A stretch of 64,000 nucleotides of DNA, taken from positions 96,001-160,000 of the forward strand of contig JAHHIM010000004.1 of the NCBI GenBank assembly GCA_019358915.1, in the 5' to 3' direction. The translations under genes were made by a program, and so were the position numbers. The notes beneath the pieces were generated by a model. The model worked only from the letters and a program-made list of their open reading frames with translations, searched no databases and was not told where the DNA came from. The stretch is from Trichormus sp. ATA11-4-KO1 (GTDB taxonomy: Bacteria; Cyanobacteriota; Cyanobacteriia; Cyanobacteriales; Nostocaceae). Below are positions 9,619 to 19,602 of the stretch, in pieces (position 1 is the first letter of the stretch; each line of letters opens with the position of its first letter).

Positions 9619-10602
9619 ATGCAAAAATTCATTCTCCCAGATTTATATTGTCCATTTCCACATCAATTCAATCAGTATGTTGATGTTCTAGAGGAAAACT
9701 ATTTGGATTGGGTAATCCGCTTCAATCTGCTGGCAAATGAGTCAGCATACCAGCGTTTCTCTAAAGCAAAATTCTTTTTGCTAATTGCCAGTTGTTACCC
9801 ATACTGCCAACTTGAAGAACTGAAGATTGCAAATGATTGGCTGAGTTGGATGATGACCTGGGATGACGAATGTGATATTTCAGATTTATCAAAAGAACCT
9901 GAATTACTAAAGAGTTTTCATAAGAGATTTATTGAAGTATTGAATGGGGCAGAACTCACAAGCCAGGATACACTACGTTCTCATGCTTTAGCAGACTTGC
10001 GAAGACGGATGTTCCAAAGAAATGGTGCAAAATCTTTTCATCACTTTGTCCATAGTGTTGAAGATTATTTGCATGGTTGTGTCCAGGAAGCTATTAATCG
10101 CTTACAGGAAAATGTACCTGATATTAACACTTATATTCATCTCCGTAGATCAACTGGAGCAATGGAACCCCTCTTTGAGTTAATTGAATTTTCTAATCAT
10201 TTACTGATTCCTGTATCTTTACGAGAACATGAAATATTGAAATCATTAAAAATGATGACGAACAATATTGTTTGTTGGTGTAACGATATCTTTTCGGCAC
10301 CTAAAGAAATGGCAAATGGAGATGTACACAATCTAGTATTGGTACTACATTATCAACAAAAACTTACTTTGGAAAAAGCAATTAACTGTGCTGCCCAAAT
10401 GCATGATGAAGAGATACAAGCAATGATAAATTTAGAGGCGTCCACACCATCATTTGGAGAACAAATAGATACGGAATTAGCAAAATATGTATCGGGATTA
10501 CATGCTTGGATAGGTGGTCACCTCAATTGGTATTCTCTATCTGGTCGTTACAAGACTTTAGAAAAACCAGATTTAGTTGTATTGCCCACATCTTGCACCT
10601 AG
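9619..10602 (+). CDS. class I terpene (probably sesquiterpene) cyclase
   Basis: LPDLYCPF N-terminus, WDDECD (DDxxD), LRRSTGA, NDIFSAPKE (NSE), HNLV, W..SGRY; likely start ATG 9619 (ORF track 9544). Confidence 0.93.
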   Translation: MQKFILPDLYCPFPHQFNQYVDVLEENYLDWVIRFNLLANESAYQRFSKAKFFLLIASCYPYCQLEELKIANDWLSWMMTWDDECDISDLSKEPELLKSFHKRFIEVLNGAELTSQDTLRSHALADLRRRMFQRNGAKSFHHFVHSVEDYLHGCVQEAINRLQENVPDINTYIHLRRSTGAMEPLFELIEFSNHLLIPVSLREHEILKSLKMMTNNIVCWCNDIFSAPKEMANGDVHNLVLVLHYQQKLTLEKAINCAAQMHDEEIQAMINLEASTPSFGEQIDTELAKYVSGLHAWIGGHLNWYSLSGRYKTLEKPDLVVLPTSCT

Positions 10603-10650
10603 CTCTGGCGATAAGAGAGAAAAGGCTTCCGGCACGCTATGACTTTAAGT

Positions 10651-10760
10651 GCAGCCATGCCCGTAGGGCTTTACGCCACGCTCCGTGAACGCGTTAGAGT
10701 AGCTTATGCCTATGGCACACTACGTGTTAGCGGAGCTTTCGCTTTAGCGATATGCAGCTA
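10651..10760. repeat. cluster of small dispersed repeats (SDR-like GC-rich mini-hairpins)
   Basis: GCAGCCATGCCCGTAGGGCTTTAC (10651-10674) recurs nearly identically in inverted orientation at 22993-23017; further mini-hairpins follow. Confidence 0.6.
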
Positions 10761-10980
10761 TACAAACTCTTTCCAGCTTGTATGTTGAAATTAAGTAACA
10801 GAAAATTAGAAACCGCTCAGGAGCTGCTTCACTGCTCTACGCGTCCTACCTGTGTAGCCAAGCCAGTGCGTTAGGCCGCGAGCTGCTCTTGTGACAACTG
10901 GCGCGCGATTTCTTAGGAAATTGCCTACTCTAGAATCCCCTATTTTGAACTAACAAATTAGACTCACTTTAAATTAATCA

Positions 10981-12309
10981 ATGCAAGTTATTAATCTGAC
11001 CCATGAGCCTTCAACTCGTATTGGTATTATTGGTGCAGGGTGTACTGGTTTGACGGCGGCTGAAGAATTACGCGATCTTGGATATAAGCACATCACTATT
11101 CTTGATGTAAAGAACCGCATAGGTGGCAAGACATATTCAGTCAAGTATGCAGACACAACAGCTCAAGCTCGGGGTATTTATGAGGGCGGAACTGTCTGGA
11201 TACTACCTAGTCCCTTATACACAAAGTACAATAAACGGTATGGAATCTCTACAGCTTACCGGGTGATGCCACGAGTACAAGTCATTGACTTAGCTACAGG
11301 TCGCGTCTCTAGCCCGTTTCTGATTGAAACAAAATACTCCTTATTTAGTAGGCTGTGGCAGCTTACGACCTTCTTTTGGGAATTACGCAAGCATACCCGG
11401 TATGACAGTCCAGGGTTTGTCAACCCCATTTACCAAGCAATGAGTGAGCCATCACCTCAATGGTTTACTAAGCGGGGACTGGGTTTCATTCGAGAGGCTT
11501 TAATTCCAATAGCCAATGCTGCACAATTTGGGCATATTGAAGAAGAAGTCTCAATTGCCTACGTGATTAGGTTGCTTGCATTACTTAACCGATGTAACCC
11601 CATCAAAAAGTTAGTTCTCAACATGCCACAACTGCAAGAAGGGAACCAGGAGTTGTGGAATCGCGTAGCAGCAACGCACAACTTGTTTCTGGGACAGAGT
11701 ATTGAACGAATCTACCGCGATAAAACAATTTTTGTGCAAACTTCTTCTGGTCAGTGGGAGTTCGATCATCTAATTTGGACTGCTCCTGTAGATGACTTTC
11801 TCCGTGTAGCAGATGCTTCTTCAGAGGAAACTGATATTTTCTCCCGTGTACGCACAATCAAACGAGCAGTTGTCACCTGCAAAGCAGAAGGTCTGCCTCA
11901 AGGAATCTTCTATTTTGTCAAAAACACTTTGAATCATTCTGTGCCAACCGGTTATCCATTCGTGATTTATGAGGTTGATATAGGTAGCAAAATTTACAAC
12001 TTTTACCCATTCATGGATGAAACCACAACCATTAAGGAACTAGAATGTAATGTTGCTGACTTAGTACAAAAACTCGGAGGTACTCAGATAAAGTTTTTAG
12101 GACAACCGCTTATTTGGAAGTGGTTCTCTCATTTTTCACCCCAAGATATAGGAGAGGGCATCTATAAACGCTTAGAAACGTTACAAGGCTGCCAAAACAC
12201 ATACTTTGCTAACGAGTTAAATGCTGGTGTAAGCGTACCTTATGGAATGGAATATGCGGCAAATTTGGTGCAACACTTTTTTATCCAAGGGTATGCCACA
12301 CAAAATTGA
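10981..12309 (+). CDS. FAD-dependent oxidoreductase/isomerase resembling the Propionibacterium acnes polyunsaturated fatty acid isomerase PAI
   Basis: IGIIGAGCTGLTAA Rossmann motif, RIGGKTYS, YEGG, C-terminal WFSHFSPQD..G.YKRLETLQG.QNTYFANE...LVQHFF resembling the PAI C-terminus as remembered. Confidence 0.75.
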   Translation: MQVINLTHEPSTRIGIIGAGCTGLTAAEELRDLGYKHITILDVKNRIGGKTYSVKYADTTAQARGIYEGGTVWILPSPLYTKYNKRYGISTAYRVMPRVQVIDLATGRVSSPFLIETKYSLFSRLWQLTTFFWELRKHTRYDSPGFVNPIYQAMSEPSPQWFTKRGLGFIREALIPIANAAQFGHIEEEVSIAYVIRLLALLNRCNPIKKLVLNMPQLQEGNQELWNRVAATHNLFLGQSIERIYRDKTIFVQTSSGQWEFDHLIWTAPVDDFLRVADASSEETDIFSRVRTIKRAVVTCKAEGLPQGIFYFVKNTLNHSVPTGYPFVIYEVDIGSKIYNFYPFMDETTTIKELECNVADLVQKLGGTQIKFLGQPLIWKWFSHFSPQDIGEGIYKRLETLQGCQNTYFANELNAGVSVPYGMEYAANLVQHFFIQGYATQN

Positions 12310-12382
12310 ATCAGCTGCCACTCTTTTAAGATATAAGGATGCAATAATTGATAATTTTTCTATCATATATCTGCTAACTATT

Positions 12383-15300
12383 TTATTGTTGCATCGGTAT
12401 CTCAATCACAAACTCAGTTCCCTTTCCAGGAGTAGAATCACAGGTTAACTGACCCTTGTGTTTATCCACAACAACTTGATAGCTAATTGACAACCCCAAC
12501 CCCGTACCACTGCCTATCGGCTTAGTGGTAAAAAATGGGTCAAAAATTTTCTGACATACCTTGGCATTCATGCCACGACCATTATCAGCGATGCGAATTC
12601 TCAATGTATTCGAGTCTTTTAGCTCAGTGCAAATGCGAATCTGCGGTTTGTTAATTATTTTTGAATTGATTATTGACTCTTCTAAAGCATCGATCGCATT
12701 ACTGAGGATATTCATAAATACCTGATTGAGTTGACCAGCATAACAACTCACTTGGGGTAGTTGTGCATATTCTTTAATGACCTCAATTTCCGGGCGATCG
12801 CTCTTTGCCTTGAGTCGATGCTGCAAGATCATTAAGGTATTATCAATACCCTCATGAATATCTACTGGTTTCATTTCTGCTTCATCTAGGCGGGAAAAAT
12901 TCCGTAAGCCGAGAACAATATTCCGAATGCGTGAACTACCGACCTTCATAGAATCGAGAATTTTGGGCAAGTCTTCTGCCAGGAAATCTACATCAATCTC
13001 TAAAACTTTATCCTGAACTACATCTGAAGGATTGGGGTATTCCTGTTGATAGATAGCGATTAAGTCCAGCAAATCTTGCACATACTCACTAGCATGTGTA
13101 ATATTGCCATGAATAAAATTTATCGGGTTATTGATTTCATGGGCAATTCCCGCCACCATTTCCCCCAAGGAAGACATTTTTTCACTTTGAATCAATTGGC
13201 TTTGGGTACTTTGCAATTCTAAGAGTGCTTGTTCCAAGCGTTGATTTTTTTCGTTGAGTTCCTGGGTTCTCTGCTCTACTTTTTCCTCTAATGTATGGTT
13301 GTATTCTTCTAAGTATTGATTTGCTTGGGCTAAATTTTTGTAGAGTAGAGCATTTTCTAGCGAAATTGCGGCTTGGGTGGTGAGGAGTTTTAAGACTTCA
13401 ACGCGATCGCCTGTAAATGCTCCCGTCGTCAGATTATTTTCGAGATAAAGAATACCCAGCAGTTTACCTTGATTAATAATTGGGATACACAATACACTCT
13501 TGGGTTGCTCACGGATAATGTAGCGATCGCCTGCTAAGAAAGCAGCAATCTTAGCATCATCGATGACAAAGATTTCCCTTGTGCGTTTGACATTATTAAT
13601 TAAAGTAATAGGAACATCGCAACTGGACTCTAGATGAATTGATGGGAAACTTGTGGAAATAGATGTCAAAGTTGAGCTGGAACTAACTGCCGTGACGGTT
13701 AAGCCCAAGCGATCGCTTTCACTCAAAATCAACGCAGATTTAGATGCGCCGGCGTTCTCCATCACCACTGCCATTAAGGTAGAAAGTAGTTGTTCTAGTT
13801 CGATTTCTCCAGATAGTGCTTGTGAGGCTTTCATCACAGATGCTAAGTCCAGCATCTGTGAAATGCTAGTGTTAGAGCTGACTACTGTTTCGTGAGTAAT
13901 GGGACTAGATAGGGATATGCTTGATTCAGTGGTAATTTTATCTCTGTGTGGGAGTTTTAGTTGTTCTTGCTGAATGATGGGAGCGAGTAATTGAGGATAG
14001 CGTTTTTGTAAGTCGTCAACTTTGGCTTTTGCTCCCCAGCGCACGTAGCAATAGTAGGCATCCGTCAGGTAGATTTGGGCAATTTTCTGTTTGTTCCATT
14101 CAAGATAGAACTTGGCGGCTAATTCGTGAGCGAGTGCCTCTTCGTTAATATACTCGTTTTCTTTAGCAAGGGTGATGGCGCGATCATAATTATCCATTGC
14201 TTGAAGATTTTGGCCGAGAATACGATACAGTTCTGCCTCCACTAAATAATACTTATGTAAATTATTCATTGGAGCATGATGCGCCCAATGTTGAATTTTT
14301 TGTTGATTGGCAGCAACCTTCTGAAGAATGTGTTGTTGTTTAGATTCCTCGATATTAGGATAAAGCGCTAGTCTAGCTAATGAATCGTAGAGATAGAATT
14401 GAGGAGTAACTAACATTCCTATCCCAGCATATAAATAATTTTCTGCTATTGCAGCATTTTCAACAGCTTGAGAGTAATTAGCAAATAGATAACATAGCTG
14501 AAGCTTGCAGAAATATAAGATTAAAATTGCCACTCCATCATTAGCTTCAAGATGAAGTGGCAGTTTTTTTTCTTCATCGTAAGCTTCTCCAACTAAACAA
14601 TACGGCTTGTCAACATTTCCTAGTAAATTCAAAACAGTTTGTCGATAAATTTCGTTCCAATGCCATACTCTTACTTGCTTTATTTGAATGATGGCATTGC
14701 TGTAATTTACCATCTCTTGTTTTAGTTCTATTAGATTTTTTCCTACAAAATATAGAGCATAACAGTAAGCATTAATAGAATACGCTGCAAATTCTAAGTC
14801 TCCCGTTTCCAATCCAGCAGAATAAGCTTTTAGAAAGGGCTTTAATGTTTGTTTGATATGCTCCTTTAAATGCCTGATGTGAGCATTAATAGTGTGGAGA
14901 ACTTTAGCTATAACTTCTTTAGCATTAAACTTAATCAATAACTTTGCAGCTAAATTTCCAAATTTATAGCCAGATTCAATATCTTCCATCATATCACAGA
15001 GAATTAACCCGTAAACTACATAGGCATAGGCAGACAAAGGAGCATTACCATACTGGATTGATAAACTAATTTGTTTAAGAGTAATCAGCAGAAAAAGATT
15101 AGGATTACTTTGATAGGCGAACACAATTCCACTAGATAAGATACGCATTATTGCTAGTGGTTGTATTTCTGTCATTTCGGAAAAATCAATTAATTCTTCA
15201 ATGTTTCGATTGACCAGAGCGGAAGTTATTTTTTCCAGTTCAAATTGAATATCAGATTGATTGGGATTTTCAGGAAATTCCACACCTAACAATTTCAAAA

Positions 15301-18016
15301 CAACTAACGCAGTATTGATAGCTTCTAGTGCTTTATTTTGCGCCCCATAAGCTTGGATTTTGATTTCATAAACTTTCACCTTCTCCAGCAAGGTTTTAGT
15401 TTGTTGCAGCACTACCTCTGTTAATCGCTCCGTTTGCTCAAAATCTCCAGCTAAGTATGCCGCCTCTGCGGCTGTCTCATATAAAGCTAGAGTTAGCTCA
15501 TATTGTGTTTTCCAGGTATCATCTGCAAGTAGTTCGATTCCTGTAGTTAAATATTTGAGCGCAGCTGGATAAGCTGTTGATGCCAAAGCCTTACGTCCAG
15601 CAACTAAATTCATCTCCGCTAGTTGATGGCGATCGCCTGAAGAAGTAATTAACGGTACTGCTATATTAAACTGATTTACCAGTTCAAAAATTCTTTCATC
15701 TCTTTCGGCAACTGAAGTATTTTTCAATAGCAGTTGCCCAATTTTCAGGTGAATTGATTGTTTTTGGTGTTGAGGAATTAAAGAATAAGCAGCTTGTTGT
15801 ACCCGGTCATGGATAAATTTATATTTAGGTAATTGAGAGTTGCTATGGGTAGATTCTCCCCTTTCCAGAGCGTTGATTTGGTCACTATTATTTTTTGCAA
15901 CTAACTTGTAGACTTCAGATTGTGGCAATATCAGTCCTTCAAGTAAAGCAGGCCATAAATCTGAGGCTGTATTTACCGCAGATTGCTCATGTACAATAGC
16001 AAGAGTTTTTAAGTCAAATTGGTTGCCAATACAGGCAGCTAGTTTCAGGACTTGCTGAGTTTGTATTGGCAATTTCATAAGTTGAATCGACATGAATTCA
16101 ACTACATCATCTGTAAGCGCTAATGCCTGAATTTTTGCTAATTCATACTGCCAACAACCCAGATTAAAGCTAAATTCAATCAATCCTTCTTTATGTAAAG
16201 CCTTAAGAAATTCATGAGTAAAGAAAGGATTACCTTTGGTTTTGGCAAACACCATTTGGGTGAGAGCAACTGAATTTTGTTCTTGACACTTCAGTGTATT
16301 GGCAATTAAACGATTTAAATCACCCTGTGTTAAAGGTGTTAGGGTGATAGTATTAACTCTGGCTCCGGTGTTTGTAATCTCCTTGAGTGCCAAATACAGT
16401 GGATGTGCTTTTGCTACTTCATTATCCCGATATGCACCAATCAGCAGCAGACTTTTCTCAGTTATGTTTTCTTTCTGGGTTTCACCTGTAAGGGGAGAAG
16501 TTAGGGCAAGATTTTGTCTGACTGTATTGATTTCGCTGATTAATAACTGGATTAATTTCAACGAAGCCGCATCTGCCCATTGCAAGTCATCTAGAAATAT
16601 CACCAAGGGATGTGCTTTCGTCATGAAGACTTGCATGAATCTCTGCAATAATAAATTGAACCGATTTTCAGCTGCATTGCCAGATAATTCGGCTACTTCT
16701 ATTTGCTTACCAATAATTAATTCGAGTTCAGGAATCACATCAACAATTACCTGACCTTGTTCACCCAATGCCGACATAATTTTAGTTCGCCACTGTTGAA
16801 TTTGGGCATCTGTTTCTAAAAGTATTTGTCCGATTAGTTCCCGAAAAGCTTGTACGAATCCTGAGAAGGGAATATCGCGTTGAAATTGGTCATATTTCCC
16901 TTTAATGAAATAACTATGTTGCCGGACAATGGGTTTGTGAATTTCGTTGACTACTGCTGTTTTACCAATCCCAGAAAATCCTGCCACGAGGATCATTTCT
17001 GTTGTACCGCTACTAACGCGTTCAAAAGCGGCAAGTAATTTTTCTACTTCTGTTTGGCGGCCATAGAGTTTTTCAGGAATCAAGAAACGATCAGAAATAT
17101 CTTTTTGTGCTAACTCGAAGGTGATGATATTTCCTGTTTGTTGCCACTGTTTTTGGCATTCTTCTAGGTCATGTCTCAGTCCGTAGGCGCTTTGATAACG
17201 GTCTTCGGCATTTTTTGCCATCAGCTTAGTGATGATTAAAGACAGTATTGGCGCAATCTTGGGGTTAATCTGGCTGACTGTTGGTGGCTGTTTGGCAATG
17301 TGACAGTAGACTAACTCCATCATGTCTGTGGTGGTGAAGGGTAACTGTCCGGTGAGGAGTTCAAAAAAGGTGACACCCAAGGAATAAAAGTCACTGCGAT
17401 AATCGATACCTCGGTTCATCCGTCCTGTTTGTTCGGGAGAAATATAAGCTAATGTCCCTTCTAAGACGTTGGGATTGGTGAGGAATTGAATTTCTCTCGG
17501 TAGCAGAGTTGCAATACTGAAGTCGATGAGTCTGACCTCAAAAGTGCTAGGGTGAATTACGATATTGGCGGGTTTGATATCTTTGTGTATGATGCGATCG
17601 CGATGCAGTTTTTCTAGGGTAGATACTATTTCTAGGGCAATGTGAAAAAACTCTCTGAGCGCTAAACCATTTGCTTGTTTGTGCTTTTTCCCCAGTCCCC
17701 AATCTCTGAGCGATATACCGCCAAAGTCTTCCATCACCAAAGCATAGCCGTTGCGGTAGTTTTCTAAGCTGAGGGGTTTGACTATGCCAGGAATATCCAG
17801 GTTTTTGGTGATAGTATACTGATTACGGAACTGGGCAATTTCAGCGAATGTGGGGTATTCGTTCCGTATCAGTTTGATGATGACACTTTTTTGGTCTTGT
17901 TCTCTGATGCCTCGATAAACTAGGGTTTTGCTGCCTGAGTAGATTTGCTCGGTAATGCGATATCCGGGAATAATCAAAGTAGGATCGGATAATACTAACA
18001 TTGCAGCGACGCTCAC
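12383..18016 (-). CDS. HstK-type Ser/Thr kinase-AAA ATPase-GAF-histidine kinase
   Basis: HKDIKPAN/DFS kinase, GFSGIGKT Walker A, LDDLQWAD Walker B, GAF (LYLENN), AHEINNP H-box, GTGLGLS. Confidence 0.95.
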   Translation of the reverse strand: MSVAAMLVLSDPTLIIPGYRITEQIYSGSKTLVYRGIREQDQKSVIIKLIRNEYPTFAEIAQFRNQYTITKNLDIPGIVKPLSLENYRNGYALVMEDFGGISLRDWGLGKKHKQANGLALREFFHIALEIVSTLEKLHRDRIIHKDIKPANIVIHPSTFEVRLIDFSIATLLPREIQFLTNPNVLEGTLAYISPEQTGRMNRGIDYRSDFYSLGVTFFELLTGQLPFTTTDMMELVYCHIAKQPPTVSQINPKIAPILSLIITKLMAKNAEDRYQSAYGLRHDLEECQKQWQQTGNIITFELAQKDISDRFLIPEKLYGRQTEVEKLLAAFERVSSGTTEMILVAGFSGIGKTAVVNEIHKPIVRQHSYFIKGKYDQFQRDIPFSGFVQAFRELIGQILLETDAQIQQWRTKIMSALGEQGQVIVDVIPELELIIGKQIEVAELSGNAAENRFNLLLQRFMQVFMTKAHPLVIFLDDLQWADAASLKLIQLLISEINTVRQNLALTSPLTGETQKENITEKSLLLIGAYRDNEVAKAHPLYLALKEITNTGARVNTITLTPLTQGDLNRLIANTLKCQEQNSVALTQMVFAKTKGNPFFTHEFLKALHKEGLIEFSFNLGCWQYELAKIQALALTDDVVEFMSIQLMKLPIQTQQVLKLAACIGNQFDLKTLAIVHEQSAVNTASDLWPALLEGLILPQSEVYKLVAKNNSDQINALERGESTHSNSQLPKYKFIHDRVQQAAYSLIPQHQKQSIHLKIGQLLLKNTSVAERDERIFELVNQFNIAVPLITSSGDRHQLAEMNLVAGRKALASTAYPAALKYLTTGIELLADDTWKTQYELTLALYETAAEAAYLAGDFEQTERLTEVVLQQTKTLLEKVKVYEIKIQAYGAQNKALEAINTALVVLKLLGVEFPENPNQSDIQFELEKITSALVNRNIEELIDFSEMTEIQPLAIMRILSSGIVFAYQSNPNLFLLITLKQISLSIQYGNAPLSAYAYVVYGLILCDMMEDIESGYKFGNLAAKLLIKFNAKEVIAKVLHTINAHIRHLKEHIKQTLKPFLKAYSAGLETGDLEFAAYSINAYCYALYFVGKNLIELKQEMVNYSNAIIQIKQVRVWHWNEIYRQTVLNLLGNVDKPYCLVGEAYDEEKKLPLHLEANDGVAILILYFCKLQLCYLFANYSQAVENAAIAENYLYAGIGMLVTPQFYLYDSLARLALYPNIEESKQQHILQKVAANQQKIQHWAHHAPMNNLHKYYLVEAELYRILGQNLQAMDNYDRAITLAKENEYINEEALAHELAAKFYLEWNKQKIAQIYLTDAYYCYVRWGAKAKVDDLQKRYPQLLAPIIQQEQLKLPHRDKITTESSISLSSPITHETVVSSNTSISQMLDLASVMKASQALSGEIELEQLLSTLMAVVMENAGASKSALILSESDRLGLTVTAVSSSSTLTSISTSFPSIHLESSCDVPITLINNVKRTREIFVIDDAKIAAFLAGDRYIIREQPKSVLCIPIINQGKLLGILYLENNLTTGAFTGDRVEVLKLLTTQAAISLENALLYKNLAQANQYLEEYNHTLEEKVEQRTQELNEKNQRLEQALLELQSTQSQLIQSEKMSSLGEMVAGIAHEINNPINFIHGNITHASEYVQDLLDLIAIYQQEYPNPSDVVQDKVLEIDVDFLAEDLPKILDSMKVGSSRIRNIVLGLRNFSRLDEAEMKPVDIHEGIDNTLMILQHRLKAKSDRPEIEVIKEYAQLPQVSCYAGQLNQVFMNILSNAIDALEESIINSKIINKPQIRICTELKDSNTLRIRIADNGRGMNAKVCQKIFDPFFTTKPIGSGTGLGLSISYQVVVDKHKGQLTCDSTPGKGTEFVIEIPMQQ

Positions 18017-18296
18017 AGATATTGTTTCTTCGCCTTAGTATTCCCCTGACACCAGTGCTAAATATCACATTAAATTCCAAAAAATTTATATTTTGCATCT
18101 GCTCAAACTTCCACCAAGAAATTGATTTCTTGGCTGCATAGCAAAAGTCCTATAAACTTTTGCTATGCAGCCATATGTTTCTAACATCAGGCGGTCTTTA
18201 AAGCTGGTGCAAGATCGAAGCCTCTGACCAGCGCGGCTACGCGTTAGCAACAAATGGAAGAAACATATTTTTCTAGAAATTCTAAAACTGTTGATA

Positions 18297-18427
18297 TAAG
18301 TAGGTAGGCACAAATAAAATCAACTATGTAAAGAAAAATGAATCAGCTTAAAACCCTCTTCCCTTCTGCCTCCTGCCTTCTGCCTTCTGCCTTATCCTAG
18401 CGATAAATTTTCCCACCCACCTACTTA
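18297..18427. mobile_element. MITE with TA-bounded terminal inverted repeats
   Basis: TAAGTAGGTAGG ... CCCACCTACTTA termini; internal CTGCCTT heptamers. Confidence 0.7.
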
Positions 18428-18790
18428 TAAGGGTTACAAAATGTACATCTTAGGAAAAATAGCTTATTGAGTAATCAGCCCATACGGTTCAGTTAACAAG
18501 AAATGTAGCGACTGTCTCATTATTTTCGGAAATTGGTATGAGTAAGCAAAACATGGATTTTTGGCAATTTGGCAGACATCCAGTTTTCCACAATGGTATT
18601 TTTTGTATTGTGCAAGGGGTGTAGCAGAAGTTGCCTAGACTAATCAGTCGGGGCAACTTTTGCAATTTTTATAGATAAAGGCTTTTGGTAATAGCTAATA
18701 TATTTTGACTTTTAAGCTTTAAGGCAATCATTACACTATTCTTCGAGAACTTTACGTTCAAAAGGTGTTTGTAAAGTATCCATTCATCGA

Positions 18791-18935
18791 AAGCGACGGG
18801 AAACTCAATCGAATCGTGGGTGGAGAGGGATAGTCGCCCCGTCGCTTGGGGCATAGGGCATTGGTGATCTCTTCCCCATGCCCCATGCCCAATTCCCAAT
18901 GCCCAAAAACTCAATCGAATTGTGGGTGGAGTTTT
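18791..18935. mobile_element. REP/IS200-IS605-like non-autonomous hairpin element
   Basis: AAACTCAATCGAAT(C/T)GTGGGTGGAG at 18801-18825 and 18907-18931; outer stem AAGCGACGGG/CCCGTCGCTT; STRR filler. Confidence 0.5.
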
Positions 18936-18940
18936 TCATA

Positions 18941-19050
18941 CTACAGCAATCCTAGATAAGTTGTAAAAATTATTTTTTAACCGTGCGCGCAGCGCATACT
19001 GCAGAGGACAATCAAGAGAAGTTTTTACGAATGATTTAGTACTGCTATAG
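18941..19050. mobile_element. MITE
   Basis: Imperfect ~29-bp TIRs CTACAGCAATCCTAGATAAGTTGTAAAAA / TTTTTACGAATGATTTAGTACTGCTATAG. Confidence 0.6.
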
Positions 19051-19162
19051 TCCTGCAGACTGGAAGTCGCGACTATAGGTTTTGATTAAATACGCTTGAG
19101 TATATTAGTATTCTAAAATGACACATTACTTTCTCGGCGTAGAGTTTTTGAGAGGATAATTC

Positions 19163-19369
19163 ATGACCATTTGGGTAAATGAGCAAATTGATCCGTCTGG
19201 CATGATTTATGCCTGTATAGCCTGTTGTAATGAGTCTCAAGCTAAAGATTGTCATGATTCCTTCCAAGAAAACTTGACCGACATCCAAAAGAGAGACGGT
19301 TGGGTAGCGCGCTTGCGTATAGTGAATTCTTGGGATGAAGTTCCAGTTAATGCTCTCAAACTTGATTAA
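19163..19369 (+). CDS. small conserved cyanobacterial protein (Cys-rich)
   Basis: MTIWVNEQIDPSG..ACIACC...SWDEVPVNALKL; GAGG SD upstream. Confidence 0.8.
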   Translation: MTIWVNEQIDPSGMIYACIACCNESQAKDCHDSFQENLTDIQKRDGWVARLRIVNSWDEVPVNALKLD

Positions 19370-19602
19370 TTTAGTCAGTAATTTGACAAAATATAAATAA
19401 TACTATGAGAAGGAAATTAAACTGAGCTAAGCTCATCTTCATGTGATTACCAGTGCGACGAGCGATAGTTGGCTGCCAGTCAGCAGAAATAAATCCTTAT
19501 TTTGATTGTTAGCAACAATACTTTTCAAACATCCTCTTCAGATAACCAATTATCCTCTAGGCTAGGATCTTAGTACTACCTGTGCTTTGGCAACCCATGA
19601 CC

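Noticed and set aside
9619..10602. Geosmin or 2-methylisoborneol synthase
   Set aside because: Single ~327-aa domain (geosmin synthase has two domains); no GPP methyltransferase or cyclic-nucleotide-binding genes adjacent.
16299..16754. Long antisense ORFs inside large genes (also 37928-38365, 5410-5781, 56928-57269)
   Set aside because: Fully contained opposite well-supported genes and lacking motifs; codon-shadow ORFs.
18801..18931. Possible CRISPR mini-array (two 25-nt repeats)
   Set aside because: The 81-nt interval is STRR/hairpin DNA rather than a spacer; a MITE/REP-type element explains it better.
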